Source of the DNA: the human T2T-CHM13v2.0 reference genome, Homo sapiens
Direction: 5' to 3' (one strand)
Assembly (NCBI RefSeq): GCF_009914755.1
Contig: NC_060931.1
Length of the DNA: 64,000 nucleotides
Shown: positions 50,985 through 64,000 of the stretch, piece by piece
Layout: each line of letters begins with the position of its first letter
Numbering within the stretch: the first letter of the stretch is position 1
Program-made: the position numbers and the translations under genes
Notes under the pieces: model-generated
What the model saw: the letters and a program-made list of their open reading frames with translations, nothing else
Told to the model about the DNA's origin: nothing
Database searches by the model: none

Positions 50985-51170
50985 GAATATTTTTGAGACA
51001 CATGGCAATCCCTGTACACATTATCAGGCCACTGAATCCTCATAATCTGTAAGGCAGGTGCCATTACTAGTTTCACAGAAGATGGACAGAAACTTAAGAT
51101 TAAATAGCTTGTCTTATCTTTCACAACTCATAAAAGGACCAGCAAAATTCAAACCCAAGTCATATAATTC
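50985..51170 (-). mobile_element. MIR SINE
   Basis: gaatcctcataatctgtaaggcaggtgccattactagtttcacagaagatggacag...aattcaaacccaagtc. Confidence 0.7.
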
Positions 51171-52265
51171 AATAATGCTAATTGTCTAGATTCCTGTACA
51201 CACTTATAAAAGACACAGGTATTTTGCCCCTCATTCAGTATGGCCTCCTCATTTCCAAGATGTTGCTTACAGAGGTACATTTATTTTCACTATTTTATTC
51301 ATTGCACATATATTTATTGACCACCTACAATATAGCTAAGCCTGTAGCAAATCTCAAATCCCAGATCTCAATCGCTCTCTCTTATTCTCTTTTAAAATGC
51401 ACCCATTCAGTTAAGGTTGTCAGTTCTTCACTCACACATGCCAATTCAACATTGCTTTTCTTTCTCCCTGAATATAGCTTAGTCTAAACCTACGTCACTC
51501 TAAATTTCTTAGGGCTTCCCACCTTTAATTTTTCCTGTATTTGTACTTTAACTCAACGATCTTTTTGCATAACTCTTTGCACAATAATATTCAATGGCTC
51601 TCCTCATTTCTTAAGTTACAAAAACATGAAATCTTTCTGCTAACATTCAGGGCTCTAAATAATTCATTATTGAGTTAGATCATGTGTAATCATAAGGAAG
51701 TCTGAATATTGAAAGCCTCTGACAATTGCATAAATAGAACATCTCAGATTTGTCCTTTTTCCACATTTCTGTCCAAGTCCTTCGAAGCACGAAGACTTTG
51801 AAGAGCCAGACATTTGAGGAAAGACCTTCTTTTGCTCACTTTCTTCCCTGAGAGTTGTTGAGAATTTATATATTAACCAAATGTTTCTCCAGTGTTCCAA
51901 GCCAGTTAGATGACTCCTGTAAACAAAAGTCAATGTGGTAAAGATAAAAATGAAGGATTTCTCCTCATTTGATAAATGGAATCTGGAATTTAGGGCTTGG
52001 GGATTTGGCATTGAGTGTTCAGACATTTTGCTGTGGCTTTCTTGGGATCCAGATGATACTCTACACATGGCTCCTTGCTAACCTAGGACACTGTTGCCTT
52101 CTCCTACTGCCGTCCCCATGGAAGTGGTGCAGCACGTTTCATTAGAGAGGACAGGTGGTAACATGTGGCCACACTCAGTAAGGATTTGGGAGGGAAATTC
52201 TAGCTGAGAAGCCAAGATCAGACACTATCCCTTTCAGCACCACAGCGTTCTCCTATGGAACACTT

Positions 52266-52575
52266 TTTATTTTTTATTTTTTGTTTTTTTTTGAGATGGA
52301 GACACACTCTGTTGCCCAGGCTGGGGTGCAATAGCAAGATCTCAGCTCACTGCAACCTCCGCCTCCCCAGTTCAAGCGATTCTCCTGCCTTAGCCTCCTG
52401 AGTAGCTGGGACTACAGGTGCCCATCATCACGCCTGGCTAATTTTTGTATTTTTAGTAGAGACAGGGTTTCACCATATTGGCCCGGCTGGTCTAGAACTC
52501 CTGACCTTGTGATCCTCCCACCTCAGCCTCTCAAATTGCTGGGATTACAGGCGTGAGCCACCCCACCCACCGGCC
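52266..52575 (-). mobile_element. AluS (AluSg-like)
   Basis: Full dimer; 14-bp TSD CCTA(T/G)GGAACACTT at 52252-52265 and 52576-52589. Confidence 0.95.
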
Positions 52576-52963
52576 CCTAGGGAACACTTCTAAGCCCAGA
52601 ATCTGACCTGCTTGGGGGAACAGGAACCAGTTTTCCTTCCCCTAAAGAAAAGCCTGAAAATCTGTCTCCCTCTACTCAAAATACAGAACCCTAAAAACCT
52701 GAGGTCCACAGAAAGAAAGCAGTACTCTCCTTGTTAGATTCTTTCCCCCTCAGACGGTCTTCCAAGCTCCACACAATGGCAGGGGGGAGGGGCAGTGTTC
52801 TCGTTTCAGCCTTCCCAGTGCAATAGCACAGATGCATTCACAGTGCACCAGCATATTCCTCATGTGAGGTTTGATAGAGAAGTTTTCCCCTCCATCCTGC
52901 CTTCTTGTTCCTGCTCCCAGTCTCCTGTGTACTCGGGCATGTACACACATTCAGCATGCCTGC

Positions 52964-53356
52964 TGCTATGCACTGGATGCTTGAGTCCACTGACAAATAA
53001 TCTGTTGAAGGCCTAGCCCATGATGTGTGGGACTGTGGAGGTGGGGACTTTGGGAGACGATTGGCATAGAGGAGGTCATGAGGTGGAGCCTCAGTGATGG
53101 GATTAGTGGCCTTATAAGAAGAGGAAGAGAAGCCAGAGTGTGCTCTCTCTCCCTCTCTCTCTCTCTTTCTGCCATGTGAGGACAAGGCATGCAGGTGGTC
53201 ATGTGCAAACCAGGACAAGAGCCCTCACCAAAAACCCGACCATGCTGGCACATTACCAAGGACTTCCAGCCTCCCAAACTGTGGGGAGCAAACATCTGTC
53301 ATTTAAGCCACCCAATCTTTGGTATTTTGCTATGGCAGCCTGAATGGACTGAGACA
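52964..53356 (+). mobile_element. MLT1A-type MaLR solo LTR
   Basis: tgctatg...gatgggattagtggccttataagaag...ttaagccaccc...ggactgagaca; 5-bp TSD CCTGC at 52959-52963 and 53357-53361. Confidence 0.9.
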
Positions 53357-54269
53357 CCTGCTGAAAAATATCCTGGGAGAAATGCTTTTCGGGGACTTTC
53401 CAGTGAGAAAACATTTTCAAACGCAACAATTTCTGAAGGGAAACAGACTGCAGAGCTACGACTCTGATTTTAAAGAAAATCAGTGTTGCATTATTCCACT
53501 GTTGTGAGAACAGCTTAGATCCTAGAATCATATGGCCTCAAGCTCTCTGTTTTCCAGAATGGTCTGCATCTGGCTTTTGTATAACCAAAAGGCCACAATA
53601 GTGTTATTCCTAGAAAGTTGACTCTAGCACCCAATACCTGTATCCGGAATCTTGGAACCATTTTTCCAAGATGTTTAGCTCCATCAAGTTCTCTTCATCA
53701 GAGAACAAGTTCAACTACATGATAGATGTTTCTTCCACTAAGAGCACCCACAGAAGGAATATTAAGCATGAACATGGCCCGGACATGTTGCCGCCTCAAA
53801 GCCAGGACTCTGGCTTTGACTCTGGACCGAAGCTGTGTGCTGCCCCGGAGCCTAGACGACCACATTCCAAGATCAGAGGGCCTTAGAGTTCCCTGCCTGA
53901 GTGGTCCCGAGTCTATCTGGGCCTTTTACAGGAAAGTGCATGGTACCCACTGAGTCAGCTCCCCATGTCACAGTGCTTGGCTGCCAGTGTGGCCCCCTGG
54001 GCCTGGAGAATGGTCTCAAGGAGGATATTTGGGGAGGTCTACCTTAGATATGGAGGCTTGGCAGCCCCTCCAGGTACAAAAATCCTGTGGACTAGAAGAC
54101 AAGGCAGGCATGAACCCTTGTACACCTAGTACAACTTCCATTTGCAGGTGTTCTATTGGCTCTGGGCAAGTGAGAGGCTGTCCTGCTGACCTGTCTCCTG
54201 CATGCTGTTGGCTGCAGTACCCACATGTAAGAAGTCAGTATTTGCCCTCACAGATCTGATATACTGATT

Positions 54270-54700
54270 TTACCACATAATACATTTTCATATGTATCTA
54301 TTTCTAGACTTCAGTTCCACTATTTTGTAGGTCTTTTCATATGTGAACATTAATCTATTTAAATTACCATCTTTACAGCATTTTTGACTACCTAGTAAGC
54401 CTGGTACTTCTGTATAGCTCTCTCCTGCTTTTCAGGATTCTAACTCTTCTGGATTACTTTTGCTTAGTGAAGTTTAAAGTGTGCTGCTCATTTTTTGTGG
54501 TGGTAGTTGTGGTGGTTGTCACTGAGAGTGCGTTAAATATGACAATTAAGCTAGATAGAATTGGCCTTTTCATGATGTGGCACCTCTCCTTGAAGAACAT
54601 TAAACTTTTCACTGGAACCAGGCTACATTTGTATTGATAGGTTTTGCACATTTATTTTTAACTCCTAGACATTTTTTTTGGTATGACTATTCAATCAAGT
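54270..54700 (-). mobile_element. Old L1ME ORF2 fragment
   Basis: atctatttctagacttcagttccactattt...gatagaattggccttttcatgatg; highly degenerate. Confidence 0.5.
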
Positions 54701-54879
54701 GTTGAAAATTACTGGTATTATTTGAATAAATTACTGGTATTATTTAGAATGAAGGTGGGAAAACTTGCATACTAGTTTTCTACGTAATTAACCTATGAGA
54801 AAGCTATTTTGTAACAATTATACATTTATTTAAGTCATTCTACAGACTATTTAAATAATTATTCCAGTTTACTTTCTTT

Positions 54880-55120
54880 GAAACAAACATTATTTAGGAC
54901 TTATTATATCTTAGGTACTGTCCTAGGCAATTTAAAAATATTAAAATATTGAATTCTTACAGCAGGCCTATGAGATAATTACTATTATTTCCCCGATTTT
55001 AGAAGTGACAACACTGAGCCCTAGCAACTTGGCTACTGTCACAAATAGGTGAGCTTCTAGTTGAGACCAGAATCCAGGCCATGAGGAGCATAGCCTCTGC
55101 TGGTAATCACAGCACTATCA
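54880..55120 (-). mobile_element. MIR SINE
   Basis: ctaggcaatttaaaa...gaattcttacagcaggcctatgagataattactattatttccccgattttagaagtgacaacactgagcc. Confidence 0.8.
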
Positions 55121-55770
55121 AGTTATTTAATTTCAAATTTGCATCCAAAATAATGTTTCTCCATTGTAAAAAGTGAGTCGATGTGAAACTTTATAAGCTA
55201 GCATTAAAATGTTGATGAAATGTTGAAAATACTGAGCTTCGGATATTTCAAACACCAGAATGTCCATAAAGCACCAACCCAGCATGGCCTGGACAGAGTG
55301 TGCTGCAGGACAGTGTGCTCCAACATTAGGCCATCATGTGCATCTGCCCACCAAGGATGCTGAAACCTACCATCTTTAATCAATGTCAAGGGATTGACCT
55401 ATTTTAAGTAATTATAAGATGAAAAAAGAACATTCTGAAATAAAAAGTCATGCAGTTTCTCAACAATTTTCCAAACTTTTGGGTCACAGGGTTTTGCCCA
55501 GGGAAATTGACCCCATTCATGTCTGATTACATGGGACTCCCTTGATGACACTTCTGACTTTTTCCTTTAGTTAATTTATTGTCTTTATTTATGGATAACA
55601 GGGCATAGACTGGAGGCAAATTAAGGAAAGTCTATTTTTGTTTAGTCTAGCTTGGACCTGGGGCTAAAATTCTTGGCCCTCCCCTCCCTTCCTCTCATCC
55701 TTTCTTACCCCCAGCCTCTCCTGGGAGTGAAGAAGATCTGCAGAGAACTAGCCTTAAAAAGAGTGTTTAG

Positions 55771-56216
<446 letters not shown>

Positions 56217-56894
56217 TGAGTTTTACATTGTGGGGTGCTGAATGCTGAGTATGTTTTGTTGCTGTAATGATTTTTGAAGCTTGTCCCAGGAGGTGGTAAA
56301 TTAACCGAGACAGTCTGATTCTTTCAGAGCTTACTTTAAAGCTTTGTCATGTGGGAACAAACATAGGGCTGGAACTAATTTTGGCCTGCTTTTGCCTGCT
56401 GAAAGGAATATCTTGTGGATTAAATGATTTTTTACTCTGGCTGTTGGGTGAACACTTTGCTAACTAGTACAGGCCCTCTTCAGCCACCTTTGCACTGGGC
56501 GAGTTTAACAGGCCCCCATATCCCTGTCTGTCCAGCTAGGGAGCTGCCCATGTCTGTCCCCAGCTGTGGTCCTCTAGGAGACCAAGTTTCTTCATTTTCC
56601 TGGGACCCAGTGAATTCTGTGAAGCTGGGTCTGGGATCCACGGATCCCTGCATGGGCTTGTACTCCAGGGCTTTCTGCAGCAAGGTGGGAGCAGAGCAGA
56701 ATGAAGGTCACGATGAAGCAAGCACTAAGAAATTTGCAAAGGGGAGACAGATCATTACAGAAACACATGCAGGTGGTTATGGCAGCCGGCTCCTTACCTG
56801 AACCAGAGACTCATGCTCCTGTTAAAATGTTAGTCCAGTCAGCGGGTTTCCTGCTTCCTGGCCGTCCTGAGAGATGACCCTGAGCCCAGGGAGA

Positions 56895-57050
56895 TGGGGC
56901 CAGGCCAAGAAAAGAAACCTCAGGAGAAACCAACCCTGCTGACACCTTGATCTTGGACTTCCAGGCTCCAGAACTGTGAGAACTAGTTTCTGTTGTTTAA
57001 GCAACCCAGGCAGTAGTATTTTGTGAAGGCAGCCCCAGCAGACTAATGCA
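56895..57050 (+). mobile_element. MLT1 MaLR LTR 3' part
   Basis: aaccaaccctgctgacaccttgatcttggacttccaggctccagaactgtgaga...cagactaatgca. Confidence 0.88.
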
Positions 57051-57424
57051 GGTGCCCTCCCCGAGCTGCTTGCAGATTTCCCCACTTGCAGGCACACCTA
57101 TTCAGGACCCCTCTCCCTCTGGGTTCTCAGAGGAGTTCGCAGTAATCTGGGAGGATGGTCAGAGTGAGCCAACCGCGCTCAGCTGGCTGGGGTTGTGGCG
57201 CTCTGCCTCATGACCTGCCTCCAGGTTTCTTCCACGCAGTGCTCTGTCCAGGCACTAGAGTTCTAACTCCTGGTTTCTCAGCCCAAATTTTTCATGTCAG
57301 CTTTTGCCCAGTTTTTAATTGAACCAGACTTACTATGCGGACTTGAGCCTGCCCCTGCCTTTAGGAGCCTATGGGCTGATCAGGTTTTGTGGGGCCTGAA
57401 GCTTGTGCAATTCAGAAAAATCCT

Positions 57425-57518
57425 ATGGCACATGTATACATATGTAACTAACCTTCACATTGTGCACATGTACCCTAAAACTTAAAGTATAATAATAATA
57501 AATAAATAAATAAACAAA
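57425..57518 (+). mobile_element. Very short young L1PA (about L1PA2/3) 3' tip
   Basis: atggcacatgtatacatatgtaactaacc...gtaccctaaaacttaaagtataataat. Confidence 0.92.
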
Positions 57519-57830
57519 TGTATTCACATAAAAAAAATTAGACAATTACAAAAACAAAACTGCAAACTTAGAATTAGGTGCAGGCTAGAGTATTTATTTA
57601 GAATGAGGTAAGAAATCACAACAAATTTTAAAAACCTGACAAATACCATAAATGCTTCTTTCAGCTCATTTTCCTTTAGTAAGAATACCTCCAATCATAT
57701 TTGAATTTTTGCGTAATCAATAATGTTTAAAATAAAAGAAACCAGTCTCAGTATATTAACAATTAAACCATATCATTATATGCTACTATGCTGTTTCGCA
57801 CTACATAATTGTATTATGGAATTATTATTA

Positions 57831-58165
57831 GGTTGGGGGCAGGCTGTAATCCCAGCACTTTCGGAGGCTGAGGTTGGAGTATTGCTTGAGCTCAGGAGTT
57901 CGAAACCAGCCTGGGCACCATAGCAAGACCTTGTCTCTATTAAAAAAAAAAAGAAAAGCCAGATGTGGTGGTACATGCCTGTAGTCCCAGCTGCTCCAGA
58001 GTTTGAGGTGGGAAGATCGTTTGAGCCCAGGAGACTGAAGCTGAAGTGAGTTTTTGATTCTGCCACTGCACTCAAGCCTGGGTGACAGAGAAAGACCTGT
58101 CTGAAAAAAAAAAAAAAAAAAAAAAGAAAAACAAAGAAGAAATAAGAAGAAGAAATGAAAGAAAG
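57831..58165 (+). mobile_element. AluJ
   Basis: attgcttgagctcaggagttcg, gcctgggcaccatagcaagacc and gatcgtttgagcccagg are AluJ features; long A-rich tail. Confidence 0.9.
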
Positions 58166-59519
58166 AAATTACTCTTATCCTGGACATCTTGACTTGTCAC
58201 AGCTTGGGTAGGAGTTTGTTGCTGGTGCCCTGGCTTCTCAGGCTTTCTTGGACTGATGTTTTGGGGGCAGCTTTGCCTGTGGTCCCACCTGGAAATGCTA
58301 GACTTCATTCAAATAAGACTTGTCAGGTATTTGAGGCACATTTTGATGTATTAGGTTGCATGAAACCCTGGCCTAACACACAGACCTACCTGGTGGAGGT
58401 AACGCTGCTGGTTTGGACACTACAATCGAGAAGCATGAGGCTCTCATTAAAAAGAAAATAAGAAGTGTGTGTTTATATTCGTATCCACTGTGCAAGTGAG
58501 TCTTTTCCTCAGAAGGGGAGAACTTGTATTCAACGGAGCACAAAGCTTTATGTCCACTGTCCAGAAAGCAAAGCTTGTGTGCCAGACACGCTTCCTGCTT
58601 CTGCTCTGGACATTTCACACCTCTATTTTCTATTTGGTATGGATGTCAGTGAGGCACCTTAGAAATAGTCATGTCACTGTGTGACTTCCAGCTTTGATTT
58701 TTGGGTACAGACACCTGGTGAGAGGCTCTGAGGGTACTAGGTAGATTCAGAAGAGCCATTCCTACTTTGGGTTAACTAGAAGTAATCTAGTTGTATGTGG
58801 CAGTGACTGAGAATCACACAGCTATCCCAGTAAACTGAGTTGATACGTATCTCCTCCCCTCTCCACTCAGACCCCCAAAAGTCCTCAGTCCTAGCAGTGC
58901 AACTGACTCTACAGAGTCTGCAGGAGGAGCCTCAGGACTGAAGGAGAATGTATCCCTGATCAAATGCAGTCAAAATAGATAACTTCTGAAAATTTTGCAA
59001 AATCAGGAAATGTATAAATAAATGTATACATTGCTAGGACCCCTCTCAGGATCTTGGAAGGAAACTTTGCAAGTGACAGTTTTCCAGGTCTGCAACTTGA
59101 TAAGTGGCTCAGTAATCCGCTGTCACACAATCCTGTCCTCCCCCAAGGGACAAATATTCAACATCCAGCTCCACCATAGCTCCTGTCATCTTTAGAGAAA
59201 TTTCCGAGTGTGATGTTTTGAGGCCAGACATGTCTTCACTAGACCTCTGGGGCTCAAGCTTTCTCAGATTCTAAGGCACATTCCCCCTGATGCCGTTACC
59301 TGACAGCTCTCCTCAGCACCTTCCAGTTACCTAAACCCTCCCAAGAATTCCCTCCCTCAACCCAAATCCCAGCCCCTATCCCAGTGGAGAGTGCTTGGCC
59401 CAGTTCTCCTTTTCTACCTTTCCAGAAGTAAAGAAATTTACCCCTTGGCTCCAAACAAAGTAAGGATAGTTATAGAAAGTGGTCATTCTTCAGAAATGAG
59501 GATCAGAGGCTTTGCAGTT

Positions 59520-59700
59520 TAGTTTACCAAATACTTCATTTTCCTCCCAGCCCTCACAACAACCCAGTGAGATATGGGCAGTTATTTCTATTGTACAGAC
59601 ATGGAAGCTGAGGCTCAGAAAGGCTAAGAAATGACCCCATGCCTGACACTTGAGGATGCAGAGCCTTGACTTAAATTCAGATGCTCTGACCTAGCCACGA
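59520..59700 (-). mobile_element. MIR SINE
   Basis: cctcacaacaaccc...tacagacatggaagctgaggctcagaaaggctaag. Confidence 0.85.
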
Positions 59701-60759
59701 ACTTTCACAAGTACACTGGGCTTCTTAATGGGTGTGTGAACTCCCAGGGCAGGGGTCTCTGGTCATGAAGCCTGTGCAATCACACTCAACACTCAAGCTA
59801 GTTGTGTACTTGTTGGGAGACTGTTCACTCGCCAGTTGATACATAGCTCACACCTGCCCTAATACAGGAAGAGTCAGGTGAAATATCCTGATGAAAAAGA
59901 TAAAGTGTGTATAAAATATTAATTTACATGATTTTAAATTCTCACCTTCAAATCACTGGGAAATTAAAAGTTTTTATTTTCTTCTAACATTTGGTTATTC
60001 TGATATGATAAATATTAAATCAAGCTTCTTGCTTCATAGACAATTCCGGTGGTCTGTTTCCCAGAAATTTACCTAGTACAGTTAATCTACTTACGCTCAA
60101 TGTTATGCAGTCTACCGTTTCCCAAAAACAACATAGATCTTAAAAATGCTACATTTCCAGACTGATATTAGCAAGTGAGCCTTTTTTTTTAAAAAAAAAA
60201 AAAGAACATAAAAAGAGCTTTGGTGCTCAAGGGAACATTTACACAAAAGTTCATCGATTTGAAAACAACTAGATTTTCCTGGAACTATCAAATACATCAG
60301 ACACAAACAAACCTATAAAATAAAAAATAGTTTCTGCTGATGAATCTGTTGGGAGAGACATCATGGAAGATGCGACTTGCATTTGGGAGAAAGCAGAAAT
60401 ATAGAGTTAAGCTCTAAAAAATAATATGCCCCAGAGAGTGTTAGTTAAGGCAGGGGAGAGGAGGCATTGCTAGGAATAAGAATACATGTAGAACTTGGAG
60501 ATGTCAAGGAATTTATGCAGAATTGTTGTGGTTTTGCCCACTGCATCTTCTTATTGGTGCCTCCCTGTAAGGTCATGAGTTGGTGTCTGAAGTCTTTCTC
60601 AGTCCAGAGGTAACTTCTTCCTCTATGATTTTTTTTTTAACCAAACTTAACTTCTGCCAAAGTAATTACATAACCTCCACTTCCAAGAAACGGCTTTCCA
60701 GTTCCCCCTACACACATCTGCTGTCATTCCTTCATGCTCTGCCTCTTCTCTCTTGCAGA

Positions 60760-61105
60760 CTGACCAAGGCTTTAGAACTGTATGGCCAGGAGATGCTAAT
60801 GAAGTATCCTAGTCCACAAAGTTTAGAGAATGCTGGCTTAAGCTGGGCGCGGTGTCTCATACCTGTAATCCCAGCACTTTGGGAGGCCAAGACAGGTGGA
60901 TCACTAGAGATCAGGAGTTTGAGAGAATGCTGGATTAAGTAATATTAAGTAGGCTTGTCTCCAGTGGAATTTGAAGAGCATTTAGCGCACCAGTGTACTT
61001 GGGAATATTCCAAAGGGTGATTGCATCCCATTGTGCACTAGAAGCTCCTGGTGGCCACTGTGGGCCACGGAACCTCCAGGGAGTATACTTGGAAAACATT
61101 GTTCC
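60760..61105. mobile_element. Old hAT-Charlie MITE (MER112/117-like), host of the tail-less Alu
   Basis: aaagtttagagaatgctgg...ccacggaacc...tacttggaaaacattg resemble Charlie-derived MITEs. Confidence 0.45.
60841..60924 (+). mobile_element. 3'-truncated (tail-less) Alu 5' fragment
   Basis: First ~84 nt of an Alu; TSD AGAGAATGCTGG(C/A)TTA at 60825-60840 and 60922-60937. Confidence 0.92.
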
Positions 61106-61184
61106 CTATTCTGTAAGCCAGGCTTATATCCTATGGTATGCATTTCCAAATTCTATAACCTATGTCATTAGCAGTGGGCTTTAC

Positions 61185-61325
61185 ATTATAATATTTCACA
61201 TATTTTAATATAAATTTTAATATATTTTAATATAAATTTAAACTACAATATAAGAAACTATAAATTTAATATAAAATTTAAAGTATTTAATGTAAATATA
61301 ATTAAGATACTTTGATATTAAAAAT
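61185..61325. repeat. AT-rich low-complexity tract
   Basis: Seen directly. Confidence 0.85.
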
Positions 61326-61349
61326 GTAGTTCTTAAGTTTGGTATCCAT

Positions 61350-61500
61350 AATTATCTGATGAGCTAGAAGTGGCTCTTTTCACTTAACAGATTAGGAAAC
61401 AGTCTGAGCAATCAAGTACTCCGACCAAAATCTTACAGTCATTTAAGTGACAGAGCTAGGACTGGAATCTTCTCATTCCTGGGTCTGTGTTCTCTCATCC
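61350..61500 (-). mobile_element. MIR SINE
   Basis: cacttaacagattaggaaacagtctgag...taagtgacagagctaggactggaatc. Confidence 0.7.
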
Positions 61501-61684
61501 TTAACAGAACCTCATCTCAATCACAAGTAGTAAGTGGATAGATAAGAAAAATGCTGGTAGGAGCAAATGTTTTACAAAAGTAGGAATTCAACAGCAAACA
61601 TATAAAAACTTTCCAAATATATAACAATTTTAAGAACAATACTTTCCTTATTTTACCTACAAAATTTGCAAAATACTTCAAAAT

Positions 61685-63640
61685 ATTTTTATTCTGAGAT
61701 CATTTTAGATGTACAGAAAAGTTGCAAAGAAAGTATGGAAAGTCTCCACATACCTGTCATCCAGCTTCCTCTATAGTTAACATCTCACATTACCATGGTT
61801 GCCACGCAATATTTATCAAAATCAAGAAATGATTATTGGTAAAACGTTAATAATTGCATTGCAGGCTTTATTCTAATTTCAGTAATTTTTTTCCACTAAT
61901 GTCCCTAGTATTTAAACTAGGGTCCCCCATTGCATTCGTTTTCAAGTCACCTTAGCTTCCTTCTTTCTGTGGTAGAAACTTGGCCTGTCCTTATCTGTCA
62001 TGGCTGTGGCATTGTTGAAGAGTACTGGTCAGGTATGTTGTAGAGTGTTCCTAATTTTGATTTGCCTGGTGTTTACTGATGATTTAGACCAGGGTTATGG
62101 ATTTGGGAAGGAGATCACAGAGATGAATGTGTCCTTCTCATCATGTCACGTCACGGGTGCACAATGCTGACTTGGGTTATTACTGTGATGTTTGCTTGGA
62201 TCACGTGGCTGAGGCTGGTCGGCCGGATTCCTCCACTGTCATGTAACTGTTGTCCCCTTTCTGTACTCTGTTCATTAGAGCTACTAAGTTCAGCCCCACT
62301 CAAGAAGTGAGGAATTAATCCTACCTTCTAGGAGGGTGGAGGAGTTGCAAATAATTTCTTAAATTCTTAGCATATATTGAAATCACCACAATTGATGAGC
62401 ATTTTGGAGAAGATACTTAGAGGTTATGCAAATATCCTGTTTCCCCTTAAAATCTCACCCACTCATTTTAGTATCATCAGTAGTTCTTGCCTGAAGTAAT
62501 TATTGTCAAAATGTTCTAATGGCAATTTCCTATTTCCCTTATTCCTTCTACAATTATTAATTAGAATCATCTCTGTCTTCCTCTCTCCCACCTTCCCTTC
62601 CTGCCACCCTCCCTCCTTCCCTTCCTCTTTGTTAACTCACACATGCACACAAATCTGTATCTATTTATCTGTGTGTGTGTGCATATGAGTTCATACTGAT
62701 AAACCTAAACCCAGTATGTTACCGCAGCTTCATTCTAAATTCCCTCCTGGTTAATTATAACTTCTTGGTCTGACAGTAAAAAGCATCACTCTCATTACCT
62801 ACAATATATTTGCTAATATTTTCAATCTAGTCTACATGTAAAGTTGTTTCAGAATTGCTAACAAATATTTCAGTGTGAAACAAATTTACCACCTAAAGTG
62901 TTTGAATATAATTTTTTTTGTCTATAGACTTATAGTACATTGCCAAATATCATAATCCAAACTTTCTCCCAACCCATTTAGTGCAGTTATGCCATACAAC
63001 CTTGGTTCCCCATGACATACTAGTTGATTGTTTTAAATTTGTATACATTTAAAGTTTTGTGGTATAGAGCTTATGAATTTTGAAAAAAACATTGTCATGT
63101 GTCAGTTATATGGTGCCATATGGAAAAGTTCCATCACCCTAAAATTCCCTATGCAGCCCCTTTATAGTCCAACCCCTGATGATCACTCATCTGTTTCAGG
63201 TACCTACAGCTCTTTCCAGAAGGCCATGAAAATCGAATTACATGGTATGTAATCTTTTACATTTGTCTTCTTCCAGTTATCAAGACTCATTTAAGATTCA
63301 TCCATGCTGTGCATCGAGCAATAGCTCTTCTTTGATTGTTGATATTGCATTGTGTGAATGCACACATCTTGTTTACTCATTCACCTATTCAAGAATATCT
63401 GGGTTGTTTCCATATTTTGGGAATTATGAATATGAATATTTTGGCAATTATGAATATAAATAAAGCTGCTATAAGCTTCTGTGTACATGTTTTTTGTATG
63501 AATATAACTTTTAGTCTTCTTGAGTAAATATTATGAGAGATTGTTGAGTAGTATGGCAAGTGTATGTTTGCCTTTGTAAGAAACTCTCAGACTACTTTTC
63601 AAAATGGCCGTATAATTTTGAACTCACACCAGCAATAAAT
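61685..63640 (-). mobile_element. L1MC/L1MD 3'UTR and distal ORF2
   Basis: tttagatgtacagaaaagttgcaaa..., gaagagtactggtcaggt, aagattcatccatgctgtgc, ctcacaccagcaat. Confidence 0.8.
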
Positions 63641-63646
63641 AAAATA

Positions 63647-63931
63647 CAGACAGTCCTCAAATGACGATGGGTCAGTTTGTGATTTTCAACTCCGCGACAG
63701 TGGAAACATGATACACATTCATTAGAAACCGCAGTTTGAGTACCCATACAACCATTCTGCTTTTCACTTTCAGAACAGTATTCAATAAATTACCTGTGAT
63801 ATTCAACACTTTATTATAAAATAGTTTTTGTGTTAGATGACTTTGCCCACCCATAAGCTAATATAAGTGTTCCTGAGCATATTTAAGATAGGCTAGGCTA
63901 AGCAATAATAGCTATTTGTTAGGTTAGATGT
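63647..63931. mobile_element. MER47A-like TcMar-Tigger element interrupted by THE1
   Basis: TA, then cagacagtcc...gagtacccatacaaccattctg...aggctaggctaagc. Confidence 0.8.
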
Positions 63932-64000
63932 TGATATGGTTTGGCTTTGTATCTCTATGCAAATCTAATCTCAAATTGTAATCCCCACGTGTCGAGGGAG
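63932..64000 (+). mobile_element. THE1 (THE1D-like) MaLR LTR running off the window end
   Basis: tgatatggtttggct...aaattgtaatccccacgtgtcgagggag. Confidence 0.85.

Larger units (their letters stand above)
57372..59122. mobile_element. hAT-Tip100 DNA transposon relic (MER115/Zaphod-like) with nested L1 and Alu
   Basis: Left end caggttttgtggggcctgaagctt...tatttatttagaatgag; right end cattgctaggacccctctcaggatcttggaagg...taatccgc; family from recall. Confidence 0.65.

Overview
This is repeat-rich primate (very probably human) nuclear DNA that looks intergenic or intronic. I find no protein-coding exon that I can support: the recognisable ORFs in the track are L1 ORF1/ORF2 remnants, Alu read-throughs or microsatellite artefacts, and the rest resemble no protein I know. 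Most of the window is transposon-derived. It contains 11 Alu copies or fragments, a dense block of mostly plus-strand old L1M elements at about 17-43 kb (including a near full-length L1MC1-like copy with its target-site duplication), three younger L1PA 3' fragments, LTRs (MER4, MER11, MER31, MER90-like, MER92-like, MLT1, MLT2, MST, THE1, LTR16, ERVL), DNA transposon relics (MADE1, MER81, MER33, MER47, MER115/Zaphod) and many MIR/L2 fragments. Subfamily names come from my recall of consensus sequences and need RepeatMasker/Dfam confirmation. The most notable observations are: a fused inverted Alu pair (about 8 kb), a tail-less Alu with a 16-bp TSD (about 60.9 kb), a MADE1 hairpin with a compensatory base-pair change (13.6 kb), several apparent insertion-associated deletions, and a CpG/palindrome-rich promoter-like patch at 1.75-2.12 kb that may splice to an acceptor at 4039. 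I see no evidence for a novel biological system.
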